Below, piece by piece: positions 39,300-53,100 of a stretch of DNA of 64,000 nucleotides. Under the pieces are notes generated by a model. It was not told the DNA's origin. It saw nothing but the letters and a program-made list of their open reading frames with translations, and did no database searches. The position numbers and the translations under genes are program-made. Source of the stretch: Octopus vulgaris (lineage: Eukaryota); NCBI GenBank assembly GCA_951406725.2, contig OX597819.1:99200001-99264000 (forward strand). Reading direction: 5' to 3'. Each line of letters opens with the position of its first letter. Position 1 is the stretch's first letter.

Positions 39300-41312
39300 A
39301 GCGTCGTATACCAATGCACGTTGAAATGATTGATACTACTTTAGGATAATACGAGGTGGTAGCAGCAACCAAAATCAAACAGGAAATGTCAGTGGGCTTC
39401 CAGTTCAGTACCGGGTGAGGTAGATCCATGTCCTCCCATTGCATCGTGATGCACTGGATGGAAAAGGACTGGTTAAGTTATTCGGAGACTCGTTTGGTCC
39501 ATAACTCTGGGCGGAGAACTGGAATGAGGTTATGAACAGAGTGACCAGGCTCAGCCAAAATGGGTCGAGAAAAAAAAAAAAAGAAAGCTATGCCTGAAAG
39601 GTCAACCACAGTTTGTGAACGCCTACTCTACTTCTATCATTTATTAGCGCCAGGCCGTCTGCCTTGTTCTAGTTCACATCTGAAATGTCTGGAATGTTTG
39701 TTCTTCCACTTTTTGTGGAAGGGAAACGTTCCACTGATCAGGCGCGTCATTTGCTGTCAACACCTGCCGGATGGAGGACTGCTGCGGTTGATGATGCATA
39801 GACATGCTCTGAGACTCCGAGTTCTATGGCGATTCTTTGACAAAGAACAATTGTGGTCACCATTTGTCAAGCGCTTTTTCCCCTAACTTGTCTCTTTGAG
39901 AGAGCTGTAATCTTGGGTCAAGCAAATACGGGTTTGGCTTCCGGAATCTCGTCAAGCGTTTATTGTCCGGCTACCAGTCAGGCAATGCAGTAGGTGGAAG
40001 TTCGCAGAAGATCTTTGCCTTCCCATTTTCGACTGTTACCTTTTCCGTTGTATGTTGGTACCAAGTACCCGTTACCTCATATCCATACTTTCGGCGTAGT
40101 AGCCAGAGAAGACTTTTAGCTGCTTCGTCGTGTCTGCAATGGTACTCTTTCTGCACAAAACTTTCACAAGCACTAACAATGTGAGTCAGGTTTTCGACAT
40201 TTTCCCCACGCACTCTCCTTTTCACTGAGTTGGTATTCAATTTCTGATCCTGAGCAGCGATGATTAGACTTTCAGTCTTCTTTTTAAGGACAACTTTGCT
40301 GGGTCACATCCATGATGCTTCCTAGTCTATTAAAGTTGCTAGCTTCACAGTGAAACTGACTATGTAATTCCAAGCGGAGTAGTGTTTTTTTTCTCTCTCG
40401 TTGGCTATTCACAACCGAAATTCATTAGCACTCTTAACTGCATTGTTGTTAAATACCTTCTGTATTAACAGTATACCGTAGCAGGTCTTGTTTGCTGCTT
40501 ACCAAATACTCTGTCACATTCCTTCTTCCACTGTCGATGCATTCCCGTACGCTTATCAGGTCACGTCCACCTTTACTCCTCTTCATGTACAGCCTGTGTA
40601 CGTTCATAATAGGCTGGAAGGCACCAAGATATTGTCCAGTTCTAGGATCCAAAGATACTTGTACCCACCATCATTCGGGTTTCGCATTCGCTCTCTGTTT
40701 CGCAACTATGATTGGCTGTATGCAAATGAGTTAATTGGGGTCCGGAACTCTCGTTGGAAAAAATTTCGCGCCCCGCTGCCTTCCTTTAATGGGGCTGGCA
40801 AGGCAGTTTTCCTTTGTCTGCTGGCTGTGACGAAAGAGGTTGTCCGATGGACGAGACTGAAAGAAATGAGGACAGAAACATTCCTCTTTGGTAAAGCCCT
40901 CATCGACTTTTCAAGATTCACTTGAAAAGGCGAGTGAGGGTAGAGAGGGAGGTGCTGTCCTCGAGTGCATTTATGAAAACGTGGGTGAAAGTTTCGAAAA
41001 TGGCAAGAGCGGATGGTACCACTCTGAGTGTAGACCCGTGAGTCGGAAGAAATGAGTTGGAGAGGGCTCTCGTCCTTAGTATTTAGGGGGTTCTTGGATG
41101 ATGGTGTTCCTCGATTATCCCTAGATGTCCTCCCTGTATCAGGAAGATCCCCATCACTATCACTTTTTCTCCTCTTCCAGTGCCGTATACTATGTATATT
41201 TCCCTTCTACTACAGTATACCATGTGTACTGTTCTTCTTTTTTTTATCATTCCACACTTTATGTCTCTCTTTGTATTGTCCCCCTCATCCTTCGCCCTGG
41301 TGGCAAATAAGA
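39300..41312 (+). mobile_element. Decayed L1/Tx1-type LINE 3' part, interrupted at 40001-40672
   Basis: VKLFGDSFGP..ENWNEV, FHFLWKG..LIRR....LPDGGL, AVTKEVVRWTRLK; pyrimidine-rich 3'UTR ending at (ATT)n. Confidence 0.7.
40001..40672 (-). mobile_element. Inverted internal fragment of an R4/Dong-type LINE
   Basis: GYKYLWILELD, VHRLYMKRSKGGRDL, ENLTHIVSACESFVQKEYHCRHD..YGYEVTGTWYQHTTEKV; closely resembles the 33724 copy. Confidence 0.88.
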
Positions 41313-41334
41313 CATTATTATTATTATTATTATT

Positions 41335-41567
41335 GAGTGAGAGAGCAGTGCATATCATCAAAGTGACACTGGGGTAAAATATACGAAGCCCAGTATACCC
41401 ATCATGACTACCCGTCTGATAAGGGTACACCAGGCACATGCATCACAACCATATGTGCGCGACATGGTGATTTCATATGAAGATAAACAGCACATGACCT
41501 TGCAGGTGGGGCCCAGTTACAATTTTCTTCTGGTCGAGTAACCCATCCCGCTCAAAAGGTCCTTGAA

Positions 41568-41625
<58 letters not shown>

Positions 41626-42349
41626 GAATGAGAGAGCAGTGCATGTCATCAAATTATTATTATTATTATTATTATTATTATTGAGTGAGAGAGCAGTTCA
41701 TGCCATCAAAGTGACACTGGGGTAAAATATACGAAGCCCAATATACCCATCATGACTACCCGTCTGATAAAGGTACACCAGGCACATGCATCACAACCAT
41801 ATGTGCGCGACATGGTGATCTCATATCAAGATAAACAGCACATGACCTTGCAGGTGGGGCCCAGTTAGAATTTTCTTCAGGTCGAGTAGCCCATCCCGCT
41901 CAAACGGTCCCTGAATAAGGGTTGTTTAAGGATGTTGAAAGAACCACCCATGTTTCCAGAGGTGAACTATTCAAACCCCAAAGAATCCCTCTCAACACAT
42001 GGGCTATGATGCTCCCCCACTACTTCTGCTCGTGATCAGAGATGCACATATCGTCAGCCACTAAGGGACATGCTCAACTGGTTAAGGTCAAACAACTGAC
42101 AAGCAAATCTGTGGTATTGAGCAGAATATTTGCTGTAGCCCATCTTTTATACCAAGACAAAACACTGTACATGATAACACTTCCAATCAGTTAAGATCAG
42201 AAGCCATGAGAGCCACTGCCTGGTACTGCATCAGGGCAATTACTGCCTGGTACTGCATCAGGGCAACCACTGCCTGGTACTGCATCAGGGCAACCACTGC
42301 CTGGTACTGCATCAGGGCAAGTACCCACTGCCTGGTACTGCATCAGGGC

Positions 42350-42350
<1 letters not shown>
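41335..42350 (-). mobile_element. Non-coding (TAA)n-inserted retroposon, three copies (41335-41568, 41626-41653, 41683-42350)
   Basis: All copies share the end GA(G/A)TGAGAGAGCAGT, are truncated at the opposite end, and are separated by pure (TTA)n. Confidence 0.8.
42213..42350. repeat. Five tandem ~27-bp units
   Basis: CCACTGCCTGGTACTGCATCAGGGCAA x5, without spacers apart from one GTAC. Confidence 0.97.
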
Positions 42351-42421
<71 letters not shown>

Positions 42422-45400
42422 ATTATAGTTATTATTATTATTATTACTACTACTACTACTATTATCATGAGGGGCGAGCTAGTAGAATCCTTTGTACGGC
42501 GGAGGAATACTTAGCGGCACTATGACTATTTTTTCCTCAGAGCGGTGCCGATCATTTCAGTGTGATTAGTGTCTGACACTACGATGACGACTGTGTTCGC
42601 ACATGCGATTCATTGTTGTCTTGGCAACTGGGCATCAGCAGTTTTATCTCTGTGTGTGCAGTGGTGTGAAGCCCAACGCTGCTTTGATATTGGATATATA
42701 TCACTATGGTACTCTGGAGTTACATAAGGCAATGGAGTAGGAGGTGAAGAAATAGAGAAAGAAGAGAGCAATGCAAAGTAGACGACAATGAGGATAGCGA
42801 AGTGGGAATAATGAAGGTGATAATAAAGGAAGATATACACAAGAATGTAGGTTCGAGAAGGAGGTAAGGGAAAAGAGTCCAGAAAAAGAAAGTAGAAAAA
42901 CAAATTGAGAATTAAGATGAACGTCATCAGCAAGATCAACAGCGATAAGAATTGTAGTATGACTATAATTTGAAAGCGATTTGTTTGTTATTTTAAGGAG
43001 GTCGAGTGACCATATAGACGCCTTACTCTGTTGGCATCCGTGTTGTCGTTCCTAAACAAAGTGTTATATGCTGTCCATTATCTTAGCGAATATGTTTTAG
43101 AGTCGGTAAATGAAAATTTTCTGTAGGTTATTTCCTGTTACATTTGGGACCACAAAATCATCCTATTGCCGGAATAGAGTCGGCACGGCAATGACATTTG
43201 TTTCATTGAACCAGTAGAGATGGAAAATAAACACAGATTTCCTCGTATGATTTGAACTCAGAATGATGGTTAACGAAGCTATCCAAGATATTGTAACTAA
43301 CTCATCGCGCGTTGATTTATCTAAATGCTGATTTCAAATTAATTCTGGCACAAGGCCAGCAATTTAGGGGAAGGGAGTAAGTCGATTACATCGAGTCCAG
43401 TACTCATCTGGTGCTTATTTTATCGACATCGAAGGATTAAAGGCAAAGTTGACGTCAACTGAGTTTGAACTCAGAATGTGAAGACGGACGAAATGCTGCT
43501 AAGAATTTTACCCGGCTTGTTAACGACCCTGCCAGCTCGCCGCTTTAGTTTATCTAAATATTGATTTGTAAGTAAAGCACAAAAGTAAAATTTTCGAAGT
43601 GGGTGAAGGAATACTTCATTAAATGGATCTTCGTATGCTACTGGTATTTTATTTTAACGACTACTCGAAAGGCAAATTTAACCTTGCTGAAATTTGAACT
43701 CAAAATATAAAGAATTGTTACTAAATATCGCACGGCATTTTGTACGATACTTCATCGATTCTGCCTTTTCCCTGCTCTGTTTATTAATCAATCAGTTACT
43801 AATGCTATGCATGTCTTGCCTTCTTTTACAATATTTTCGATTTTCTCCGTCACTTGTTTATCAGTTATCATTCTTTAAGACACTCTCCATACTTTTTGCT
43901 TTAAATATGTCAAACGCAAGTGTTGCAGATTATGGACTTGTCTCATAATATTTCTTACTTTTTTCGGGAATGATCAATTTGGTACGGAACACTGGAACAG
44001 TATGATATAGCCTATATTATTTCAGTTAGTGTTATTGTCACAATTTTTCTGTTATTGTCACAATTTTTTCAATTATTGTAATTTTGTTCCAATTGTTTTC
44101 AAATTTGGAGTATTAGTGTAGCTTTGTATGCTAATTATGGAAATAAAATTTATTTTTGCAGTAAATTAAAAAATAAAAATTTAATAGCCTTTAAAGTTCG
44201 CAAATTTTGGGCAATTTTAGCCAATCAAAAGCCCCAGACATATTAGTGCTGCAATTTGATCTCAGAAATTGTTCGTTCATTCGTGGATATTCCAGCTATA
44301 AAACTGATTGATTGCAAAGTCTACTCGCTAAAGTTTTGTCAATAATCAGAACCGAAGTTTAGATGTAACTTTAATTCTACATATGGCAACTGGAAGGAGT
44401 TTGGTTAGAAGCCGAGAAAAAGAGGGACACTTTTCGCTCCTGTAGAAGATAACGAATTCAGTATTGCAAGATAAACAGCTCTTCCCTGTCACTGCTTAGA
44501 GAGGCCAGTTATTTCAGTATTTGGATCTTTTCTGTCTGGTTGCACTTTTTGAAATTTTAAATTTAAGTGAAACTTTTCAAATTTAGTGTATTGATGTAAT
44601 TTTTCACACCGAATCTCAGGGCCTGATTTACTTGTTCCAGAAATATGTTTTCTTAAAAAAAGTTACAGAGGTTTAAGGTTTGATCATTTTTACCCAGTCA
44701 GGAAACAAGATTTGGAAATTGTCATTTTGTCCGTGACTGCAAGAGTAAGCTGACAAAGCAATAATGTCAACATTGCGACGATAGTACGTGTTTTAAGCAT
44801 TTAATTAGCGAAAGATGACCGAAAAAAAAAAAAGAGTAGACAACAAATATTTTGTAGTTTTAAGCATTCAAGAGGTGAGTATCGAAAATGCAACAAAATA
44901 TCCAAAAACAGCAACAGATGAATACAAGCTGGAAAACACAGTGTAAAATACCAGTTTGTAAACACGTGTTTTTTTTTCTTTATAAAGAGTTTCAACTCTT
45001 GGCCTGTTACAATAGAAACAGACACCTATATGTCAGTGGCTTTCGATTGGCTAAACTTATCCACAATTTGTGAACTTTAAAAATTAACTGTTTATTGATT
45101 CATAGCGAAAATGAATTTCATGCCAATGATTACCATACAAAACTACACCAACACATCAAATTTGAAATCAATTGGAAGAAAATTGAAGAAATTGAAAAGT
45201 GCCAACCAAGCAAAAAAAGATCCCAGTAACTTTGTACCTTTTATCATCTAGTTGACTTTTGTTATGTATCTGAGACAGACACAGCATATCAACTGTGAAA
45301 GACTGCGACAGGTTTTCAACAATCCTTTTACTCACCCATTGTTTTTTGTTGCTAAGCAACTGTAGTGTTGTGTAAATATTACTTGTTATTTATTTATACG

Positions 45401-45637
45401 ATAATTCATTTATATTTGATTTTTGGTGTCTGAGACAGTCGGGGACGACGTTTTCTTTAATAAATCTAGTGTTAATAAAATACGTACCAGTCAGATATTC
45501 AGGATAATTATAACGCCTATATATCAGTTCTTCATCATGTATTCATTCATAAATACATGTACACATATATGCATACATAGACACGCCAATACGCACGCAC
45601 ATACATACATACATACATACATACATACATACATACA

Positions 45638-45670
<33 letters not shown>

Positions 45671-46005
45671 GTATGTACCGTTTTTAACCGTAAAACTCGA
45701 AGTAGATAAAGTTATAGTCCAATGTTGACATAACAATATATGTTTATACACACACGCACACACACGCACACGCACAAACACACACGCACACAAACATATA
45801 CACATTGTTTAACATAACAAATTTTGTGCCATCTCAAAAGTCTTCCTCCTCTGCTCCCGTCACATCACTTCTTTTCAAATTTCTCGCAGTCTTTCTCTTT
45901 TCTTTCTCTCATCTGCCCTCCAACTAGGTACGTCCTGAATAAGGCTTCTATCTTCTCTATAGATATTTCCAACAATAAATTATCCATTGTTTGTTTTATT
46001 AACCA

Positions 46006-46396
46006 CTTGCAGTATCTCCCGGCGTTGCTCGGGTTTGTAAGGGAAATAACTATATAAGCATTTTTAGAGATGTAAAGTATAATAGCCATCTCAATATGGC
46101 TAACCACAAGGTGGAGTTACTGTAGCTTTTTACGTTCTGAGATTTAATAATAAATTTTTAGAGAGTTACTTCCCTTATATATGCCAAAAATGCATTAAAA
46201 ATGGGAAAAATTGATGGTAAACTTTTTTTAATCGTAGACTCATCGTAGACGCGCGCTAATACCTAGAAGGGCTCGATATGAATCACGACTATAAGATACC
46301 CGGCTTTGGTTAAACTGCACCGCAAAATGTGGGAGTAGTTAGGAATCTAAATCGTAGGAGACAGACAGCACACAACCTCACTTTTATATATAAAGA
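46006..46396 (-). mobile_element. Non-autonomous Helitron
   Basis: Minus strand A|TCTTTATATATAAAAG 5' end; subterminal hairpin CCCGAGCAACGCCGGG; 3' end CAAG|T (variant of CTAG); A/T insertion site. Confidence 0.75.
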
Positions 46397-46462
46397 TTTC
46401 TCCAAGTTTCTCGTTGGTTACATAATCTTGCCATTTGATTCTTAATATTTTGCCAACGATTC

Positions 46463-46620
46463 GAGTGGCTGTGTGGTAAGTAGCTTGCTTACCAGCTACA
46501 TGGTTCCGGGTTCAGTCCCACTGCGTGGCATCTTGGGCAAGTGTCTTCTACTATAGCCTCGGGCCGACCAAAGCCTTGTGAGTGGATTTGGTAGACGGAA
46601 ACTGAAAGAAGCCCGTCGTA

Positions 46621-46692
<72 letters not shown>

Positions 46693-46928
46693 CGTGTGTG
46701 TGTGTGTGCATGTGTGTATGTTTGTGTGTCTGTGTTTGTCCCCTCAACATCGCTTGACAACCGATGCTGGTGTGTTTATGTCCCCATAACTTAGCGGTTC
46801 GGCAAAAGAGACCGATAGAATAAGTAATAGGCTTACAAATAATAAGTCCTGGGGTCGATTTGCTCGACTAAAGGCGGTGCTCCAGCATGGCCACAGTCAA
46901 ATGACTTAAACAAGTAAAAGAGTAAGAG
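46463..46928 (+). mobile_element. SINE family A; further copies at ~8610, 11160, 26400, 48280, 53773, 59590
   Basis: Near-consensus full copy. Confidence 0.92.
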
Positions 46929-47707
46929 ATTCTTTGATCAAAAGCTTAGAATTTTGCGTCAGGATCTAGTGGAAATGTGCCAAGATCGATGCCCATAAAG
47001 TTAGTTAGTTAGTTAGTGATATTGATTTTATCAAGGGTACATAAATATCTACTTTGTTGGTCTAACTTACCCATATTGATGTGTTCATTGCTTGTCTACT
47101 TTTAAAAATCCTTTTCCTAAACCCCAAACCAGATAAGCTATTGCACCCACAGTATCCGAAGACTTTGTCTCCTATACTGTCACTTTATGAACTGGCATTT
47201 GTACATTTGATGTCCAAACCAAACCAAACCAAACCAGACCAGACCTAACCAAACTTGCATCTCTCCCTTATCAAACTATCCGGTATTGGTTTGAATTCTA
47301 GTGTTGATTTTTCTAATTATTATCACTCCGCCAGCATAATCTGCTTCGGATAGGTACTTATTATCCACACAGAAACACTTTCTTGCAAAAGTTTCTTTAT
47401 AGGATAACAAATCTCCAATACACACACACACACACACACACCGACACACAAAGATACACACAGACACACACACGCACGCAGACACATGCACGCGCGCACA
47501 CACACACACGCACGCACGTACACACACACACACACACAGTATGACACCCCAAGTAACACCTAACTTTACATTAATAAATTCACTTACCATACCTGGCACA
47601 AAATTCTTTCATGCTTGTCCAAAATTATGCCAGTGTGTATGAGTGCGTGTATGCCAAGGTGTATGTGTGTGTGTGTATGTGTGTGTGTGTATGTGTGTGT
47701 GTGTGCA

Positions 47708-47773
<66 letters not shown>

Positions 47774-48506
47774 CATATATATATATATACACATATACCA
47801 TCATATCAATTTATATAGGAAAGCTTACATGCCTTTTTAATCACAAACATCTATCCATCCATCCATATATACGTACCGATAGAGATATATGCGTGCGCAC
47901 ACGCACACGCACAATACATATACATTATGACGACGACGATGACAATGATGCTGGATCATCCGTTGGTTTCGACGATGAGCATTTAGCTGCTTGATCAACA
48001 TAAAATATTTCCTTGTTAAATAACATGTGGATGAATATTCTAGAGACACATGTCAATTCAATGTAACAGGGTGTGTAAGTTAAACCAATACTTTGGTAAA
48101 AGGCACTTGTTCATTATGTCACAGATTGAGATCGAACCACAAAACCTTTTGATTTGGAGATCAACTTCTTAACTAGTCGGCTATGCTGGGTCTATACATA
48201 CATACATACATACATACATACATACATAAATACATACATACATACATACATACATACATACATACATACATACATACATCTTTAATCGTTTACTACGGTC
48301 ATGCTGGGGCATCGACTTGAAAGGTTTTCGTCGAACAGATCGACATCAGCTCATATATTTAAGCTTGGCATTTATTTTATCGCCCCCCCTTTATCGAACC
48401 GCTAACTTACGGGGACGTAAACAAAATAACACCAGTTGTCAAGTGGTGATGATGGTGGTGGTGGTGGTGGTAGGAAACAAACATCCACATATACATACAC
48501 ACACAT

Positions 48507-48557
<51 letters not shown>

Positions 48558-48711
48558 CGATAGGTTTCTAGACAGTTTTCAGCTACCAAATTCACTTAGA
48601 AGGTATTGGTTGACGCGGGCTACCATAGTACAAAGCACTTGCTCAAAGTGGAACTGAACCCGAAATTAAGTGGCTATAAAGCGACTTTCTTAACCACACA
48701 ACCATCATAAA

Positions 48712-49190
48712 TACATACGTACAAGCGCATATGTATACATACATGCACACATACATACAAACACATATGTATACATACATGCATACATACATACAAGCAC
48801 ATATGCATACGTGCATACATACAAGCACATTGTCTACATACATGCATATATACAAGCACCTATGTATATATACATGTATGCATACATACAAGCACATATG
48901 CATACATACATGCATACAAGCGCATATGTGTACATACATGCAAACATACATACAAGCACATATGTATACATACAAGCATGCATACACACAAGCACACATA
49001 TTAATGCATACTTGCATACATACAATCACATATATATGTATTCATGTATGCATACATACAAGCACATTTGTCTACATACATGCATACATACAAGCACCTA
49101 TGTATATATACATTTATGCACACATACAAGCACATATGCATACATACATGCATGCATACAAGCACGTGTATACATACATACATGCATATA
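48712..49190. repeat. Microsatellite-derived minisatellite
   Basis: Recurrent TACAAGCAC anchors within CATA/TATG runs. Confidence 0.85.
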
Positions 49191-49730
49191 TATATATATG
49201 TATGTTTACGTTTATATAAACACACAAACAACCAAATAACACAATCAATCATTATCGATCACTCTATCATCCTCCACCCGACCAATGCGCTCTATGCCTG
49301 TACATTCGATACATTCGATGCCAATAAAAATCAGACGTACATGTTCGTTCATGATTTTGTATGAACCAAGGGAAATCTGAATCTTGTAGTTGCGATGTTG
49401 GTGGTGGTAGGATGTTGGCAAGAGATGAGGGTTAGGCTGGTAGTAGCGGTGATGGTAGTTGTGGTAGAAGTCATAATCGACTAAACTTTTATATGTAGTG
49501 CGTTTGTGTATGCGTGAGTTCGTGTGTGTGTGTGGAATGGTGTATACAAAATTCATATATGCATGTATGTGTGTCTGTGAGTATAAGTATTCATATATAT
49601 AAGTACGAGTATGTATTTACTTACGCACATATATGGTGATTGTTGAGCTTATATATACATATATACATATGTATACATAAACTGAGTATATATATTATAT
49701 ATATATATATATATGTACATGTAAATGTAT

Positions 49731-49761
<31 letters not shown>

Positions 49762-49829
49762 CATATGTATATATACATATACATACACATATATATGTAC
49801 ACACGCACACACACACACGCATTCATGTA

Positions 49830-50156
49830 CGAGGGTTGGCTGAAAAGTTCATAAGCTGACTATTGAGTGATACTTTGATACTTGAGCTGTGAAATTTCGC
49901 ATGCTTTAATTTCAGCCCTTCCTTTTTTGTTTTATATTAACAACTGCATTGTTTTCTTTCAGCTAAACTGACATATGACTGTTCAAAGACCACTTCTAAA
50001 GTAAGCAGTATTAACTTCTCTGGAAAATGGACAGAATTTGGCATCGTGGTGTTATCAAGTACCTGCAGGAAAAGGGTTTAACCCCCAAGGACATTCATGC
50101 CGAAATGTTTGTTATATTAGGGGATGATACCCTAGTTTTATCAACAGTCAAAGTAT
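49830..50156 (+). mobile_element. Mariner 5' fragment
   Basis: TA|CGAGGGTTGGCTGAAAAGTTC TIR; MDRIWHRGVIKYLQEKGLTPKDIHAEM..ILGDD..STVK N-terminal HTH. Confidence 0.8.
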
Positions 50157-53100
50157 TTTGCTCAGTATCTCTATTGATTCATTCACTATGAATGATGATG
50201 ATGATGATGATGATGATGACTCTTTTCAATTTTGGCACAATGCCAGCAGTTTTGAGGTGAGGGAAAAGGTTGATTACATCGGCGACAGTACTTTACTTGT
50301 ACTTTATTCCACCGAGCCTCGAATGGATGAAAAGCAAATTCAACCTCGGCGGGATTTGAACTCAAAAGGGAAAGAGTCGGAAGAATTGCTGGGCCCCAGC
50401 ATGGCCGCAGCCTCAAGGCTGAAACGTATAAAAGAATTAAGTATTTTGTCCGATGTGCTCGTTGCCTTAAATGATAATAATAATAATCCTTTCTACTATA
50501 AGCACACGTCTCCGAATGTAAGGACAGACGAAATACTGCTAAGCATATTCTTTTCTCCTTACTCTAAGCACAAAGCCCGAAATTTGGGGGGGGGGGGAGC
50601 ATTCGATTAGATCGACCCCAGTATCCAACTGGTACTTAATTTATCGGCCCCGAAAGGATAAAAAACAAAGTCGACCTCGATGGAATTTGAACTCAGAACG
50701 TAAAACTGCTAAGCATTTCGCCCTGTGCGCTAACGATTCTGCCAGTTGCTGCTTTAATACTAATGGCTTTTGATTGAGGCAAAGGGCTCAACATTTTGAG
50801 GGCAAAGCATTGGTCGATGCCATCGACCACAATACTTGAGTGGTACTTTATTTTATCGCTCCCGAAAGCATGAAAGGCAGTTAACCTCGGCAAAAATCGA
50901 ATATAAAAGTAAAGAGCCGAAACAAATAGCGACTCTCTTTTTCCGGCTCTGGGACGATTCTGTTAGTTCACCGCCCTTTATATATTTTTTTCATATTAAT
51001 ATAAAAGACAAACAATTATGAAAGACGGCGGCAAGTTGAGAAAACCAATTACAGTAGGTAGCTGGTAATTTATTTCATCGACACCGAAAGAATGAAAAAT
51101 AAAGTTGAACTCAGCTGGATTTGAAACCAGATCTTTGAAAGAACCTAAGGCCCTTTGATCGAAGCTCTAACGATTCTACGAGCCAACCGTCCATTAATTA
51201 AAGGTTTCTAAATTAGGCACAAAATCAGCAGTTTTGGTCGTAAGGGGTAACGTAAGTTATTGCTTTGTTTTATCAACCTCGGTGGGATGAAAAACAAAGC
51301 TCACCCCAGAAGTGTGTGTTCAGAGCATTCTACAATACCAAATACCTTTTTCCTCTTGGTATTAGTGCCGAGACTGCCGAAAGTAAGTGAGAACATTTTC
51401 GGTTTTAGACGTTGTTCCAATCCCTCTACGTCCTCTGCGTAGCTGCTTTCTAGTGAGGTGTTTTACAAATAGTTTATCATCTAATTGGCCCACAAATTCG
51501 GAACAAATTTACTCTTTTAATTATCACTTCATTTTCTTTTTTCAAGCTCGTTGTAGTCAGATACTGTATTCTGCAGTCAAGGAAATACATCTTTCGCAAT
51601 ATAACCTTTGCCGTGTTCTTTTATTTATCATGTTTTTTTTTTTTCGGGAGCTGATTTATATTGAATGACTCCCTTGGATTAGAAGCGCTAGCAAATTTCT
51701 TCTCTTACTTACAACATTATCAAAAATGTGTTTATGCTGCTTAAAGTGTCTTAGTGTCTGTTTAGATGTAATCATTTTATCTCTTTTTGTTCAACGTTGT
51801 TTTTTTCAAACACTCTTCTTATTATTTTCAACATTTATATCAGTTGACTAGAACTTCCCGACCAGTGAAGAAATAGTTCCCTCCTTGTGTTTTTTAAATA
51901 AAATATTTTGTCAAAAGAATGAGGCGTACATAATGTGCTTTTCAATTTGTTAAGAATTTCAACAAAAGGAATTTTTATTTTATTCAAGTTAGTAAACTAT
52001 ATAAATAGTTAAAGTCAAGAAACTGTGCAAGCATAAAGGTCAGTAAAACGAAATGAAGAATGGTTGTGGGGTGGTTTAAGAAAAGACGATAAAGTTTACT
52101 GGATATATGTTGTTACGCGGTCGAAAGGAAAACAATAGCTAAGCATTGTTCTTGTAAATGGACTGACTGTTGTAAAGTTTCATGTTAAAAAATGTCATTT
52201 GCTATTTATTTTACATTTTAAAGAAATGTACGACTGGCATGTATTTTATGTGTGTGTGTGTGTGTGTATGTGTGTGTGTGTGTATGTGTGTGTGTGTGTG
52301 TGTTTGTGCGTGCGTGAGTGTGTGAGCCAGTTTCTAAAATTAATTGTGCATATGTACACCTGTGAAAGAAAAGGATTTTCATAAGCTTATATTTTTAAAT
52401 TCTCCACGAGTCTCCTTTACGGTTATTACGTATTAGAATTACAAAGCCTATGATACTTAAATGAAAACAATAGGGCTATTTATAATTTTGTTTACTAAGA
52501 AGTACTGAGTTATTCAGTAACATTATAAATCGCTTGAATCGGTGCTCTAGCGTGGCCGCAGTCAGATAACTGAAACAAAGCAAAAGATAAAAGATAATAG
52601 ATAAAACATATAATGCAAATTTTAATGAAGAAATAAATAAATTTACTTTAGAGTAATTAGTTTAAATGAACAAAGTTATCAGTTATAATAAGTTTCATTC
52701 TTGCTGATACTGAAAAGGTAACATAACTGCTAATACACATACGAGAAATAGAATGAAAAGTGTGTAGGAAGTGTACAATAACGCTTTTATGGAAACCTTA
52801 AACTTAAAAATTACCCAGTAAACACTATTTGCAAAAATCTTGTTGTGTTTGGGGAGGGTCATGCTGCCTTAATATCTAACACATTCACCGATTCAATTTC
52901 CACTCATTTATTGTTTATATATTTGCTTTTCCAATCTCTCCAGACATCAAAATTTGTTTCAACACACGAATTCACATAAAGAATCATGGAAACCAGATAC
53001 AAAAACTATTCGCAAAGGTTTACTCGTTTTTTAACATTAAGGGTGAAAAAAAAGGCAATGCTGGAGTGCAAACAAGGCATGACTTCTATCCCAGCCGTCT

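Noticed and set aside
41990-42240. HDV-like ribozyme at the 5' end of the TAA retroposon
   Set aside because: Partial P1/P3-like pairings exist, but I could not find P2 or the canonical L3 by eye.
42213-42350. CRISPR-like array of 27-bp repeats
   Set aside because: No unique spacers, no cas genes, eukaryotic context.
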